A DNA stretch of 64,000 nt from Octopus vulgaris. Lineage: Eukaryota. The notes under the pieces are model-generated. The model was not told the origin of the DNA, searched no databases, and saw only the letters and a list, made by a program, of their open reading frames with translations. Shown here in pieces: positions 27,511-41,504 of the stretch. The stretch covers positions 29,822,001-29,886,000 of the forward strand of contig OX597831.1 in NCBI GenBank assembly GCA_951406725.2, in the 5' to 3' direction. How positions within the stretch are numbered: the stretch's first letter is position 1; each line of letters starts with the position of its first letter. Both the position numbers and the translations under genes were made by a program.

Positions 27511-28639
27511 CGTGATAGTATTGTGGTGATGGTGGTGGCGGTGGTGGTGGTGGTGGTGATGGTGGTGGTGGTGGTGGTGCCGGTGATAGAGAAGAAGATG
27601 ATGATGACGATAAGGTAGAGGTGGAAGAGGAGGACGTCGACGACGAAGATGATGATGACGGTGACCTCGATGGTGTCGATGGCGGTGGGGTCACTAATAT
27701 ATTTAGGAAGTTGATTACAGCAAACAAAGGCCGTCTATTTTTTTTCTCGGGGGTCGGAAACGAAAGGTGGAGACGAACCCGCGACCTTGATGTGTTAATT
27801 GGGCGTTAAACTGGAAAATTGTATCACCCAATTACACTTTGACATTTTCACGTGTGTGTGTGTGTAAGATCTATTTATGTGTGTTTGTGTGTCTGTGTAT
27901 GTATGCATGTGTGTTTGACAAGGTCTGTGTGTATGCGCGTATATTAGATTCGTATGAATATGTATATGTGTGTGCATATGTAGAAGCGTGTGTACGTTTT
28001 CTGGGTCTATGCATATGAATGTATGTGTGTGTGTATATGTGTGTGTCTGTGCGTGACAATGTGTCGATCTGTGTATATGTCTGTCTATGTGTCTGTTTGT
28101 AGTTGAATTCTCCCTGTGGTATAGTTCATAACTCTGTGACTGAGAAAATGACGTGACGGTCATACTTGGAACGTCGTTAGTTATACGTTCGGTGCTTCAC
28201 GATAAATCTGGGGTTAACAACCATGTGTACAGTCGTTACACCGATGTATGTAGCCAGCTTCATTTCAAGATTTCTTGCCAATAGAGAAAGAACCGGTTTC
28301 TAATAGAGAAAGAACCGGTTTCTAACCTAGATCCAAGCCCCCTTCAATCGAGGCAGACTTAGGACAAAGTGGCGTGCACGCTAAAGAGGATAGCAAAATT
28401 CAGATGATCCAGTTTGACTTAGGGTTAAACATCAAAAAACAACAACAAAAACAGCAATAATCAAATCGTCCTGGATTCATTAAATGTATTAAGGTTAATT
28501 AGATATAATGATTCAGTAATTAGTATTTAAATTTCTAGCTTTTGCTTATTTTGTTTCCCTGCTTTCAGCTCATTAAAAACTGCATCCATATATTTTCTTC
28601 AATGAATTTCCTAAAACTACGAACACATGTGAATCAGTG

Positions 28640-29748
28640 ATGGCTATAAATATGTTAACCCTGAAAAATATGCTAACCCACTAAATATGTTAACCAGATA
28701 AACATATTAGCCCTGTAAATATCTCCAGCCTCTGCATATGTTCATCAAGTAGATATATCCCCCCAGAAAATATGTGTACTCGGTAAAAATTGTTTGCCCA
28801 CTGAATATGTTCACCTGCTAAGTATGTTCACCCAGATAATTTGTTAGCCCAGTAAATCGGTTCACCTAATAAATTTAATAACCACCGATGAATCTACATT
28901 CACATATGCACGCACACTTAAATATAAACTCATACACACGCATGTACACAAACACACACACACATACGTATGATGAATCCCGTAAACATGTTCACCTAGT
29001 AAATAAGTTCACCCAGAAAATTCTTTAGCCCTCTAGATCTGCTTTCCTGGTGAATATGTTTGCGCAGTAAATGCATTCACCTTCTAAATACGTTACCAAA
29101 TGTATATGCCTAGTAAATAACGTCGTTCAATAAAGATGTTCACCCAGTAAATCCGTTAACCCTGTAAATACGTTCGCCTAGTAAATCTCATGTTTACCAA
29201 GTAAATATATTCACTGTGTTCACCCAATAATTTGTTAGCCCGGTGAATATGTTCATGTAAAAAATATGTTCACCCAGAAAATTTGTTAGCTCTCTAAATC
29301 TGTTAATCCGGTAAATATGTTAGCCTAATAAATATGTTCGCTCAAAACATATGTTAGCCTAGTATCTTCACCCAGAAAAAACTGTCTGTAGTCTAAACCT
29401 GTTAAACAACAATTTGTTATTTCCCTAAATATGTTAACCCAGTAAATAAGTTAGCCCAGCGAATATCTTCACTCAGTAAACCTGTTAGCCCTCTTAATCT
29501 ATTATCCCAGTAAATATGTTCACCAAGAAAATTTCTCAGCCCTCTAAACCTGTTCCCGCAGAAAATCTTTTAGACTAGTAAATAGGCGTAGGAGTGGCTG
29601 TGTGGTAAGTAGCTTCCTGACTAACCACATGGTTCCGGGTTCAGTCCCATTGTGTGGCACCTTGGGCAAGTGTCTTCTACTATAGCCTCGGGCCGACCAA
29701 AGCCTTGTGAGTGGATTTGGTAGACGGAAACTGAAAGAAGCCCGTCGC

Positions 29749-29807
<59 letters not shown>

Positions 29808-30210
29808 AGTGTGTGTGTGTGTGTATGTGTGTGTGTGTGTGAGTATGTGTGTGTCTGTGTTTGTCCCCCCAACATCGCTTGACAACCGATACCGGTGTGT
29901 TTCCGTCCCCGTAACTTAGCAGTTCGGCATTGAGCGACTAATAGAACAAGTACTAGGCTTACAAAGAATAAGTCCATGGAGTCGATTTGCTCGACTAAAA
30001 GGTGGTGCTCCAGCATGGCCGCAGTCAAATAACTGAAACAAGTAAAAGAAAAGAATGTCAAACAAGGAAATCTCTTAGCCCTCTAAACCTGTTAGCGCTG
30101 TAATTATGTTTTGCCCCTGCATACCTGTTAGCCCTCTAATTCTGTTCACCCACTAAAATATATTTGGCAAATATGTGTGTTTATCCGGTAAATGGTAGCC
30201 CTGTAAATGT
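28640..30210. repeat. Degenerate ~20-bp minisatellite (AGTAAATATGTT(C/A)(A/G)CCC) interrupted by a SINE-B
   Basis: TAAATATGTT..CCCAG variants recur dozens of times on both sides of 29584-30053. Confidence 0.85.
29584..30053 (+). mobile_element. SINE family B, full length
   Basis: Runs from the head AGGCGTAGGAGTGGCTGTGTGG to the tail AACTGAAACAAGTAAAAGAAAAGA. Confidence 0.9.
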
Positions 30211-30561
30211 ATTCGTCTAGTGAACGTCTGTGCGTGCGTGCGTATATATGTGCGTATATATGTGTGTGTATCTGTGTGTGTGTATATATGTGCGTATATA
30301 TGTGTGTGCATCTGTGTGTGTGTGTGTGTTTATGTCTGTGTGTCTTGACTTTTGTGCAATGTATGGTGTGGGTCTTGATTTTTCTTTTAAGTTGCTAAAT
30401 GTTTTTTATTTGAGCGAGAATAGCTTCAACAAGAAATAAAAAATGCAGAACCGTACATGTGTATGCGTGTACGTATATATATATATATATATATATATAG
30501 ATACATATATATATACACAGACACACACACACACACATATATATATACATACATACAATTA

Positions 30562-30615
<54 letters not shown>

Positions 30616-30675
30616 CATATATGGGTTTGTGTGTGTGTATGTGCATATATATATAGATATGTGTGTATATGTATT

Positions 30676-30708
<33 letters not shown>

Positions 30709-30825
30709 GTGTGTGTGTATATATATATGTGTGTGTGTATGTATATATGTATGTAGATGTATATATATGTATATATATGTAGATGTATATATATATGTAT
30801 GTACATATGTATATGCATGTATATG

Positions 30826-30882
<57 letters not shown>

Positions 30883-31049
30883 CTGCATTTATATGTGTAT
30901 ATATGTATGTATATATATATATATGCGTATGTATATGTGTTTGTGTGCGCCCGTGTAAAAAAAAGAACGTAGAAACAGATATGTTTGCATTTAAGATTAC
31001 TGATATACACATACGCACACGCCTACACACACACACACACATATGAATG

Positions 31050-31138
<89 letters not shown>

Positions 31139-31487
31139 GTTTCATTGTTTAGATGCAAAGGCTGTGAACAAAAGCCTGATAAAAGGTAAATTCCCCCCAG
31201 AGTAGATGTTTGCGAAAGTCTGTGTGTGTACCGCTCTCTTTCTCTCTCTCTCTCTCTCTCTCTAAATATGTTTGCTAATATGTCTGCAGTGATACAAATG
31301 CTCCATTTGGGACTCTTCTCACCGCCAACATCTATATTATACCAAGATGCGTCGACAACAGACATTGGTGAAAGGTTCTACATACACGTATACATGTATG
31401 TGTGTCTGTGTGTGTTTGAGTGGGTGTTCATATATACATATATATATATATATATACTTATATTTATACATATACATACATGTATGT

Positions 31488-31552
<65 letters not shown>

Positions 31553-31669
31553 TATATATGTACAGATATGTTCAGACTTCACAAATGTCTACATATATGT
31601 ACACAAATATACACACATATATATGTGCGTGTATATATATATACACACACACACATATGTATGTATATA

Positions 31670-31705
<36 letters not shown>

Positions 31706-33003
31706 CGTATATATATATATATAATACACACCCACGCACACCACACACACACACATATATATATATATACATATATACACATACATATTGCATAGATACG
31801 ATTACTGTTATATTTACAGTGCTGTACTTATCCAAGTGGGACATTTGTTGTTATTTAACCCCAAGTCAGCTCCTATCCACCACAGCCGTCGTGGTGCCGA
31901 TTTAGGGTCATGATCAGAGACATTCCACTGCTACACCTTACACCTTACCAGACATAATGAAATAGGGTCTTTTCATTGTTTTTCAAGATGGTGATTTAGC
32001 TTCTATTTCTAGTAGTTATAACAAACTACGTATAAAAACCTCCCTTATTGTTTCGTCATCGTTGTTGGTTGTTGGTTGTTGTTGTTGTTGTTGTTGTTGT
32101 TGTTATGGTTGTTGTGGTTGTTGATGTTACTATTGCGAAAGCTGTCGTTGTCGCTGGTGTTGTTATTGCTTTTGTTGTTGCTGCTGCTACTGTTGTTGTT
32201 GTTGTTGTTCTTCTTCTTCTTCTTCTTCTTCTTCTTCTTCTTCTTCTTCTTCTTCTTCTTCTTCTTCCTCTTCTACTACTACAACTACTACTACTACAAC
32301 TACTACTACTACTACAACTACTACTACTACTACAACTACTACTACTACTACAACTAATACTACAACTACAACTACTACTACAACTAATACTACAACTACA
32401 ACTACTACTACTACTACTACTTATACTACTACTACTACTACTAGAACTACTACTACTACTATTACTCCTCCTCCTCCTCCTACTACTACTATTACTCCTC
32501 CTCCTCCTCCTACTACTACTACTACTACTCCTACTACTACTACCACTACTATTACTCCTCCTCCTCCTCCTACTACTACTACTACTACTACTTTTTCTTC
32601 GTTTTCTTCTTTTTCTTCTTCTTCTTGTCGTTGTTTTTGCTGATACCTTCGAATCAGTACCGATTCGACAGATCAAATTTCAAAGGCGTTCCATTCACGA
32701 CTGTCCAGTCTACTAAGAAGTACACTGTGTGCTACGCATATTAAAAAACCGTAGCGCTGTAATCTGATGTAAATGTCAGCACTATTTCTTGCAGCATACA
32801 TATCCACATAGAGGCTCCCTTGTTGTTACTGGGATTGCTCCTACCTTATCGTGGGTTGGGCGGGGTGGGGTGCCAGGGATTTCGAGAACAAACAATTCCA
32901 AGCCTTCAATTTTCTTACTTCTTAATTTTAGACATTTCTTTGTTCACTTCATCACCCATTCACTACATTCCTAAAGCATAATACATACATACATACATAC
33001 ACA

Positions 33004-33070
<67 letters not shown>

Positions 33071-33384
33071 TATATGTATGGTCCATTATGTATATATTTA
33101 CATATATACACACATGCATCTATATATTATATATAATATTATGTGTATACATACATATAATATATATATAAGTATATATATGTGTGTGTGTGTGTGTCGA
33201 GAGAGAGAGAGAGCGGGAGGGGAAGGGAGAGACAGGCAGGGAGTGTAGTTTGTTACAACACCTCTAAACTTTGTAAGCATAACAAATTCATTAACTAGTG
33301 CCTGTAATTACCCTAAACTCAACAATTGCCTTCTAGATTTTAACTGCAAATGTAAAGATTTTGTGTATCAATATTTTATCTTAC

Positions 33385-33980
33385 TAATGACAACTCAAAA
33401 TCCGTATGACCACAAGCCAATTTAAATCAGGGTATGAATCACACACGCATTCCTTTTAGAACAAAATTTTTCGGTTTCAAAGACTTGGTCATTAGAAGAT
33501 AATTCCACACAAAGTCATCTTAAATGGAGGAAAAACGGAGTTAAAGCACAACCTTATTATTCTACTACCATTCAGTAAAGATACCGACATGCATTCACAG
33601 AAAATTTAAGTCATACAGAATTTTGAAACTGATCGTCTTCCGCATCGCTTGCAATATCTTATACATCAGTCTTGTGTGCATATGTCAGCTGGTATGATTA
33701 CACATCATTCTTTCTGTTACTTCATTCATAATATATTTTACTTTCATACTTCTTGTCTTTGAGTTTTACATCTTCACCACGACTAACAGCTGCTTATGTT
33801 ATTTCTGTTCCATTTTAACCGACTTCATTTTCATCTGATACTCTGATGAGTATTTATGAAACAACACGACCATTCTATAAATAACAGTTGTGTAAGTTAA
33901 AAAAAAAGAAACCTTGACACTGCATTGGTTGCGTATTGAGTACTTTCTACTGCTATTATCAACAACAGATTTACATCATT
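33385..33980 (+). pseudogene. Decayed Penelope-like element: GIY-YIG endonuclease C-terminal region and 3' non-coding end with hammerhead core (33843-33862)
   Basis: Piecewise translation MTTSQFKSGYESHTHSF / WSLEDNSTQSHLKW / KAQPYY fits the PLE pattern T...FK.RY..H..SF...W.L.......KW....A.PY. CTGATGA-GTATTTAT-GAAAC lies downstream. Confidence 0.6.
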
Positions 33981-34082
33981 ACACGCACAATGTGTGTGTG
34001 TGTGTACATATATATTTATATATATATACAATATATATATATATATATATACAATATATAGATATATATATACATATACATC

Positions 34083-34113
<31 letters not shown>

Positions 34114-34147
34114 ATATATATATATACCTATATATTTATATATGTAC

Positions 34148-34205
<58 letters not shown>

Positions 34206-34505
34206 TATACATATATATATATATATATATAGTTTGATTTGGTTCTGTGCTACTTCAAATTCGGCAGGCCCGTAACGAGAGCCCGAAACGAGAGCCTGTT
34301 TCCTTCAGGCGGCTTCTGGAATACTGAATGGAGGGATCTAGGAAGTACAAGATGAATACCAGAAGATAGGCTGCTATTGGTCAAGGAGGGTCTCATGGTA
34401 TTGTAGTGAATAATATCAATTCGTTAGCGACACCAATTCCATGTAATTCCTACTAAATGCGTTGAGTGGGCCTTTCCTTTTGTTTGTCCACTCATACATA
34501 CATAC

Positions 34506-34536
<31 letters not shown>

Positions 34537-34550
34537 CATACATACATACA

Positions 34551-34585
<35 letters not shown>

Positions 34586-34594
34586 TACTTGTTT

Positions 34595-35170
34595 ACATCA
34601 TTGGGCTGTAGCCATAAGGGGCACCCCCTTGAACAGTTTAGTCGAACAGATCGCCTCCAGTACTACTTCTAAGTCTAGTACTTATCCCATCTGCCTTTTT
34701 GCCGAACCGCTACACTACGTGTACGAAAACAAACCAGCACCGGCTATCAAGCGTTGGGAGAGACACGCGCAAACACAAACACACACTCACACAACGCGCG
34801 TGCACACACACACATACATACTTACACACACATAAACGACGGGCTTCTTTCAGTTTCTGGCTACCAAATTCACACAAAGTATTATTCGACCCGAGCTCTA
34901 GCGTAGTAGCGGGTGGGGCAGCATGGATGGTCCGCCCCGAACGGCACCTTTAAAGGGTCGGTACTTTTGTATCTGCTGTAGACAATATGTGTTTTGGGTG
35001 GGGTCCGGGGGCAGCAAACGAAAGGGCCCCCCCACCCACATCGGGCGGCACACACTCTGGCTACGCTAGTGGACCCAAGGCCCTAGTTAAAGACATTTGT
35101 TCAAAGTACATCACAGTGGAACTGAACCTAAAACCTCGTGGTTGCAAAACAAGCTTCTTAACCACCCAAC
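34595..35170 (-). mobile_element. Diverged SINE family B interrupted by a MITE
   Basis: Family B motifs continue on both sides of 34896-35071. Confidence 0.75.
34896..35071. mobile_element. 176-bp MITE with 8-bp TSD (hAT-type)
   Basis: TIRs CTCTAGCGTAG / CTACGCTAGTG. Flanks GACCCGAG (34888-34895) and GACCCAAG (35072-35079). Confidence 0.8.
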
Positions 35171-36345
35171 AACGATGAATATCATATTCTATGTTGTCAA
35201 TTTTTCTAACCTAGCAAAACCTTTATCGATGGTGGTACTCCATAATTTAGTGGTACTTTGTACATTTAGGCGTGTAGAATCCATTAATACTTTTGAGTTG
35301 GCCGCAGTTTCGAGTATCGCCTTGCTGTTTTGTTCAGCCAGTCAACGTCCTGATAAGGCGAAACTTGAAGTCCTTCTTAAATATTTTCAAAGTCTCCTTG
35401 GGATATTGTGTCGAATTACAAATGAGTTGTAACATACTGAAACAATCATAATGCTACTTCTGCTGCTGCTGATGATGATGATGATGAGGAGGAGGAGGAT
35501 GGTGTTGTTGTTTTTGCCACGACTGCAACTGCCACTATGGCCGCTGATTCTTTTATGAATATTACTAACAATAATAAGTGATAAGAAGGAAAAAGAGAAA
35601 GAGGAAAGAGGAGGAGGAGGGAGAGGAGGGGAAGAAGAAGATGATGATGATGATGATGATGAAGAAGAAGAAGAAGAAGAAGAAGAAGAAGAACAACAAC
35701 AACAACAACAACAACAAGTTGAAGTAGAAGAAGTAGAAGTAGAAGAAATAGTAGAAGAAGAAGAAGAAGAAGAAGAAGAAGAATGAAGAGGAGGAGGAGG
35801 AGGCGATGATGAGGATGAAGCAAGAGGAGGTGGAGAAAGAAAGAAAGAAAAAAACAAAAACTGAAAGAAGGAAGAGGAGAAGACAGAAGAAAATCAGAGA
35901 AAGAGAAAAAGAAAGAAAGAAAAAGATGGAATAAGAAGAATAGAGAGAGAGTTTTTCCATGCGAGCTCAATACATTTGAGAACAGTATTAAGAAGAACTC
36001 CATAGGAAAACAACAAACATGGAACCAACCTTGGAATTATATTTCAAACAAACGGCAGCCCTAAATAAACAGAGAAAAATATATAAATAGAACTAGCTAT
36101 AGGAAACAAACAATACAAACAAGAACTTAGAAACGAAACCCATATGAGGGTATTCAGGGTGCCCTAAACACAACCTTCGATTACACAAATACACCAAATC
36201 AATAGACTTCTTCCAGTTCTTGTCACCACCCTATAGTCCTGCTCTCTGTATAACCCAATTTAGTCAAACCGTTTTCTCTTATTTCCGTCATATTTTGAGC
36301 TTTCTGGAAGGAAGTACATCCCTCTCTAATTTTGCTTTCCTCTTC

Positions 36346-36558
36346 AAGTGGAATTTATAGTAACGACGGAACCGTCGCATTTCTTCAACAACGAAACGCG
36401 ATAGATCTCCTCTGCAGTTGAATGTTTTGAGGGCATCAATATCTTAACGTACCACATGAAGATATTGATGCCCTCAAAATATTCAACTGCAGAGGAGATC
36501 TATCGCTTTTCGTTGTTGAAGAAATGCGATGGTTCCGTCGTCGCTATAAATTCCGCTT
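36346..36558. repeat. Near-perfect inverted repeat with ~105-bp arms and a 3-nt loop
   Basis: AAGTGGAATTTATAG...GGGCATCAATATCTTAACGT acc ACATGAAGATATTGATGCCC...CTATAAATTCCGCTT, with about 8 differences counted by eye. Confidence 0.95.
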
Positions 36559-36759
36559 TTAAGTGGAGCCGTCGCGCGCATAAAAACAGTTGTTCGGTAT
36601 ATACATGTAAAATTAATGTGTGTGTGTGTAAGTACGCAAAAGCGTGTGCATTTGTACCTCAGTATATGCGTGTGAGTGGGTATGAATATATAACTATGTA
36701 CAATTGAATAAACACTCTGCTCACATGCGCAGGTGTACACACAAACATACGCACGCACA

Positions 36760-36798
<39 letters not shown>

Positions 36799-36799
36799 T

Positions 36800-36975
36800 C
36801 TTCTACTCTTACTGCAGCCATGTTGGAACACCGATTTAATGAGTTTTATCGACCGTTGGCTTAGTACTTTCTCTGTCGGTCTCTTTTGCCGAACCGCTGA
36901 GTTACGGAGACAACGTAAACACACCACCACCGGTTGTCAAGCGGGAATGGGGCCCCAAATACCGACAGAAAGACA

Positions 36976-37047
<72 letters not shown>

Positions 37048-37410
37048 CGCAGGAGTGGCTGTGTGGTAAGTAGCTTGCTCACCAACCACATGGTTCAGGG
37101 TTCAGTCCCACTACGTGACACCTTGGGAGAGTGTCTTCTACTATAGCCTCGGCTTTGTGAGTGGATTTGATAGACGGAAACTGGAAGAAGCCCGTCGCAT
37201 ATGTATATATATGTATGTGTGTATATGTTTATGTGTCTTTGTCCTCCCAACATCGCGTGACAACCGATGCTGTTGTGTTTACGTTCCCGTAACTTAGCGG
37301 TTCGGTAAAAAGAGACTGATAGAATAAGTACTAAAGAATAAGCTCTAAAGGAGGTGCTCCAGCATGGCCGGAGTCAAATGACTGAAACAAGTAGAAGAGA
37401 AAAGAGAGAG
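36800..37410. mobile_element. Two opposed SINE-B copies (3' half on minus, 36800-36978; near full on plus, 37046-37410) separated by (TA)n
   Basis: Family B motifs present in opposite orientations. Confidence 0.8.
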
Positions 37411-37933
37411 AGATATGGCGTGAAACCTCATCGCGAAATTGTCATCATCATCATCATTACAAATTTTGACCTACAAGTCACCACCACCACCACTACCAGC
37501 CTAGACCTGAACGATATGACAAGATTGATGATATATCTAATTAAGACTAATTAACAGTAATGATAAAACTATGCAATAAAGAAATGGCCAAAGCGATAAA
37601 ACGAGCAAGCGAATGGCTGTTTTTTAGGGCAGTGAAACCACCCCCTCCTACCGCTACCACAACTTTCTCTTCCTCCTCCGCTTCCGATTTCTCTTGTATC
37701 TGATAAAAGGAACAAGAGAAAAAGGAACAGAAGCATGCGTGTGTACGTGTGTGTGTGTGTTTGTGTAAGTGTACGTGTGTGCGCGCAAGTTGTGTGTCTA
37801 CGTGAGTGCGTGGGTTTATGTGTATGCGTATACGTGAATGCATGTATAAATGTATATATGTATATATATATATGTGTATACACACACACACGTACATACG
37901 AGCATATATAAGTAATACATGTGTGTGTCTAGA

Positions 37934-37974
<41 letters not shown>

Positions 37975-37977
<3 letters not shown>

Positions 37978-38380
37978 TGCAGGAGTAGGCTGTGTGGTAA
38001 GTGTAGTTTGCTAACCAACCACATGGTTCCGCCGGTTCAGTCCCACTGCGTGGCACCTTGGGTAAGTGTCTTCTACTATAGCCACGAGTCGACCAAAGCC
38101 TTGTGAGTGGATTTGGGTGACGGAAACTGAAGGAAGTCCGGCGCATGTGTGTGTGTGTATGTGTGTGTGTGTATGTTTGTGTGTGTTTGTGTGTGTTTGT
38201 GTTCCAACATCGCTTGGCATCGATGCTGGTGTGTTTACGTCCCCGTAACTGAGCGGTTCGAAATAAGAGACCGATAGAATAAGTGCTAGGCTTACAAAGA
38301 ATAAGTCGATTTGCTCGACTAAGGGCGGTGCTCCAGCATAGCCGCAATCAAAATGACTGTAACGAATAAATGAATAAAAG

Positions 38381-38382
<2 letters not shown>
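37975..38382 (+). mobile_element. SINE family B, full length
   Basis: Head, CORE-like segment, (GT)n and tail all present; flanked by (TA)n on both sides. Confidence 0.88.
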
Positions 38383-38427
<45 letters not shown>

Positions 38428-38502
38428 TGTGTATTCATATATGTGCATATATATGTTGATGTGTGTATGTATATGCATTATATATATGTGTGTGTGTGTA
38501 GA

Positions 38503-38592
<90 letters not shown>

Positions 38593-39162
38593 TTTGTATA
38601 TATATTTGCATATATATATATTGATGTGTGTATGTATATGTATTATTTGTATTATATATGTGTGAGTGTGTGTGAACAAATACCCACGCATACGTATATA
38701 CAAGATTGCTTTACGTTGACAAACTGTAATTGTTATTTGTCCACAGAGACATTGTCAAGACGTCTGCTTTTGTCTTCTCTGCGTTTCGTCACACATCGCA
38801 GTGAATGCCGAAGCTGATATTTCTCATTACACACACACACACACGCACACATATAATATGTGTGCGTGTGCGCGCGTGTACGTATAATTATATATTAGTG
38901 CGTGTGTGTGTGTGTGTGTGTGTGTTCTCGCCCACGCGTTTCTCTGTGTGTGTGTGTATAAGTGTGTGTGGGTGTGTATGCGTGTGTGTGTTTCTATGTG
39001 TATAAATACGTGTGTGTACGTTCGTGTGTATACATGAGTGTGGGCATGTGTGTACGTGCGTTTGAGTGCGTTTGTGTGTGTGTATAAACCCTATTGTACA
39101 TTTACTTTAACGAATCATGCTCCTGTTTTTATGAGATAATGAGACTTGTGATTGTATTGATA

Positions 39163-39229
<67 letters not shown>

Positions 39230-39574
39230 AAGATTAGGTAGGAGCGGTAAGACCGAGTGGAGGGCTTTTGAGATTTTCAGGTTGCTAAGATCGTAACTGT
39301 GTCACTGACCCGTGCAATAAAGTAGGATTGGTTTCTTATATTTTCTCCCCATTTGTAATCATTTTAAGCGGGAAAAACACTTGGTGAGAACAAATCCTTC
39401 AGTCCCAAATGCATACTTTATGTTATCCCCACACTGAAAAAATTGGGAAGGCAAAACTGCTTTCAGTGGGATTAGAAGTCCATTTGAGCTTAAAACTCCA
39501 TTTGATCCAAGGTCCTACTGATTCTAGCAGTCGTAGCTAAAGCCTCCATTTCATCCAGAGTTCTATTGTATCTT

Positions 39575-39980
39575 ATTTCTTTATTGCCCAGAAGAGGCTA
39601 AACACAGAGAGGGAACAAACAAGGACAGACAAAGGGATTAAGTCGATTACATCGATCGCAGTGCGTAACTGGTACTTAATTTATGGACCCCGAAAGGATG
39701 AAAGCAAAGTCGACCGGCGGAATTTGAGCTGAGAATGTAACGGTAGACGAAATACCTATTTCCTTACTACCCACAAGGGGCTAAACACAGAGAGGGGACA
39801 AACAAGGACAGACAAACAGATTAAGTCGATTATATCGACCCAAGTGCGTAACTGGTAATCGACCCCGAAAGGATGAAAGGCAAAGTCGACCTCGACGGAA
39901 TTTGAACTCAGAACGTAACGGCAAACGAAATACCGCTAAGCATTTCACCCGGCGTGCTAACGTTTCTGCCAATTCGCCAC
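39575..39980 (-). mobile_element. SINE family A dimer (one head plus two bodies)
   Basis: Junction GACGAAATACC|TATTTCC at about 39756. Confidence 0.88.
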
Positions 39981-40249
39981 ATTTCTGCTGTTCTGCTGTT
40001 TCTAGCAATCCACCCGCTTCGTTATCTTGGTTTATTATAAGAGCGATGGATGGCAGATCCGGTGCGCGTCGAACAAAATGGCTGTTAGTAATGAGATTCA
40101 TTGATTCGCAATTGTGATTTCAGTCATGGGCGGGGTCGACTTTACTGCTTTATGCGGTCGTGGGTCGATAAAACATGTTTCCAGTCAAACTATATGTAGA
40201 TCGATTAAATCAACATCTTAAGTCGTGATATGATACCAATGTTTTCCAA

Positions 40250-40628
40250 TGCCGCCGAGGACAACTTTGCTCTCTATCCTTTCGGGATCGATAAAGTACA
40301 TGTCAGCTGAGCACTGGGGTCGATGCAATTGGCTTACCCATTCCCCACAAAATTGCTGGCCTTGGGCAAAAATTTGAAGCCATTATTAAAAATCATTATG
40401 AATCGCTACTATAAGGTGGTGTGCTGGCCGAATCGTTAGCACACCGGGCAAAATGCTTAGCGGCGTTTCGTTCGTCTTTACATTCTGAGTTCAAATTCCG
40501 CCGAGGTTGACTTTGCCTTTCATCCTTTCGGGGTCGATAAAATAAGTACCAGTTGTTTAGTAGGGTCGATGTAATCGACTATACGCTTCCACAAAATTTT
40601 AGGCTTTGTGTCCTTAGTAGAAGGGTTG

Positions 40629-40675
<47 letters not shown>

Positions 40676-40990
40676 GGCGGCGGCGGCGGCGAACTGGCAG
40701 AATCGTTAGCGCGCTGGACGAAATGCTTAGTGGTCTTTCGTCCGTCTTCACATTCTGAGTTCAGATTCCGCCGAGGTTGACTTTGCCTTTCATTCTTTCG
40801 GGGTCGATAAATTAAGTACCAGTTAGGTACTGTTGTCGATGTAATAGACCCTCCCACACTACATTTCGGCCCTTGTGCCTTCAGTAGAAATGATTAATTG
40901 ATTGCTGCTATAAGGCGACGTGCTTGCAGAATCGTTACAGCGCCGAACAAAACGTTCCGTTGCATTTCGTCCGTCTTTACGTTTTGAGCA
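40250..40990 (+). mobile_element. Cluster of four SINE-A short-tail copies or fragments
   Basis: Heads at about 40413, 40684 and 40912, with cores and (ATT)n tails. Confidence 0.8.
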
Positions 40991-41300
40991 TCAGTTGACC
41001 ACTTGTCCAGAACTTACTGACCTTGTCTCTCAAAAATTGAAACGAATATAACAGGAGGTAAAATGGACAGAAGCTTGAATAATGATAAAACAAATTCCTC
41101 AAATATTTAGGACAAACACTTAAGCTTTCTTAATCTTTCTGAAGAAGAAAAATTTGGTTGGGAAGCGAGCGTTAGATAGACTCCCCTATTGTATCACTGG
41201 TACTTCGTTTTATTGGTTCTAGAATAACAAGAGGTAAAATCGATTACAGTGGGTTTTTAACAGTGAAAAAAGTGTGATGAGAACAGCAGCAGCAGCAACA

Positions 41301-41373
<73 letters not shown>

Positions 41374-41383
41374 CAGCAGCAGC

Positions 41384-41504
<121 letters not shown>

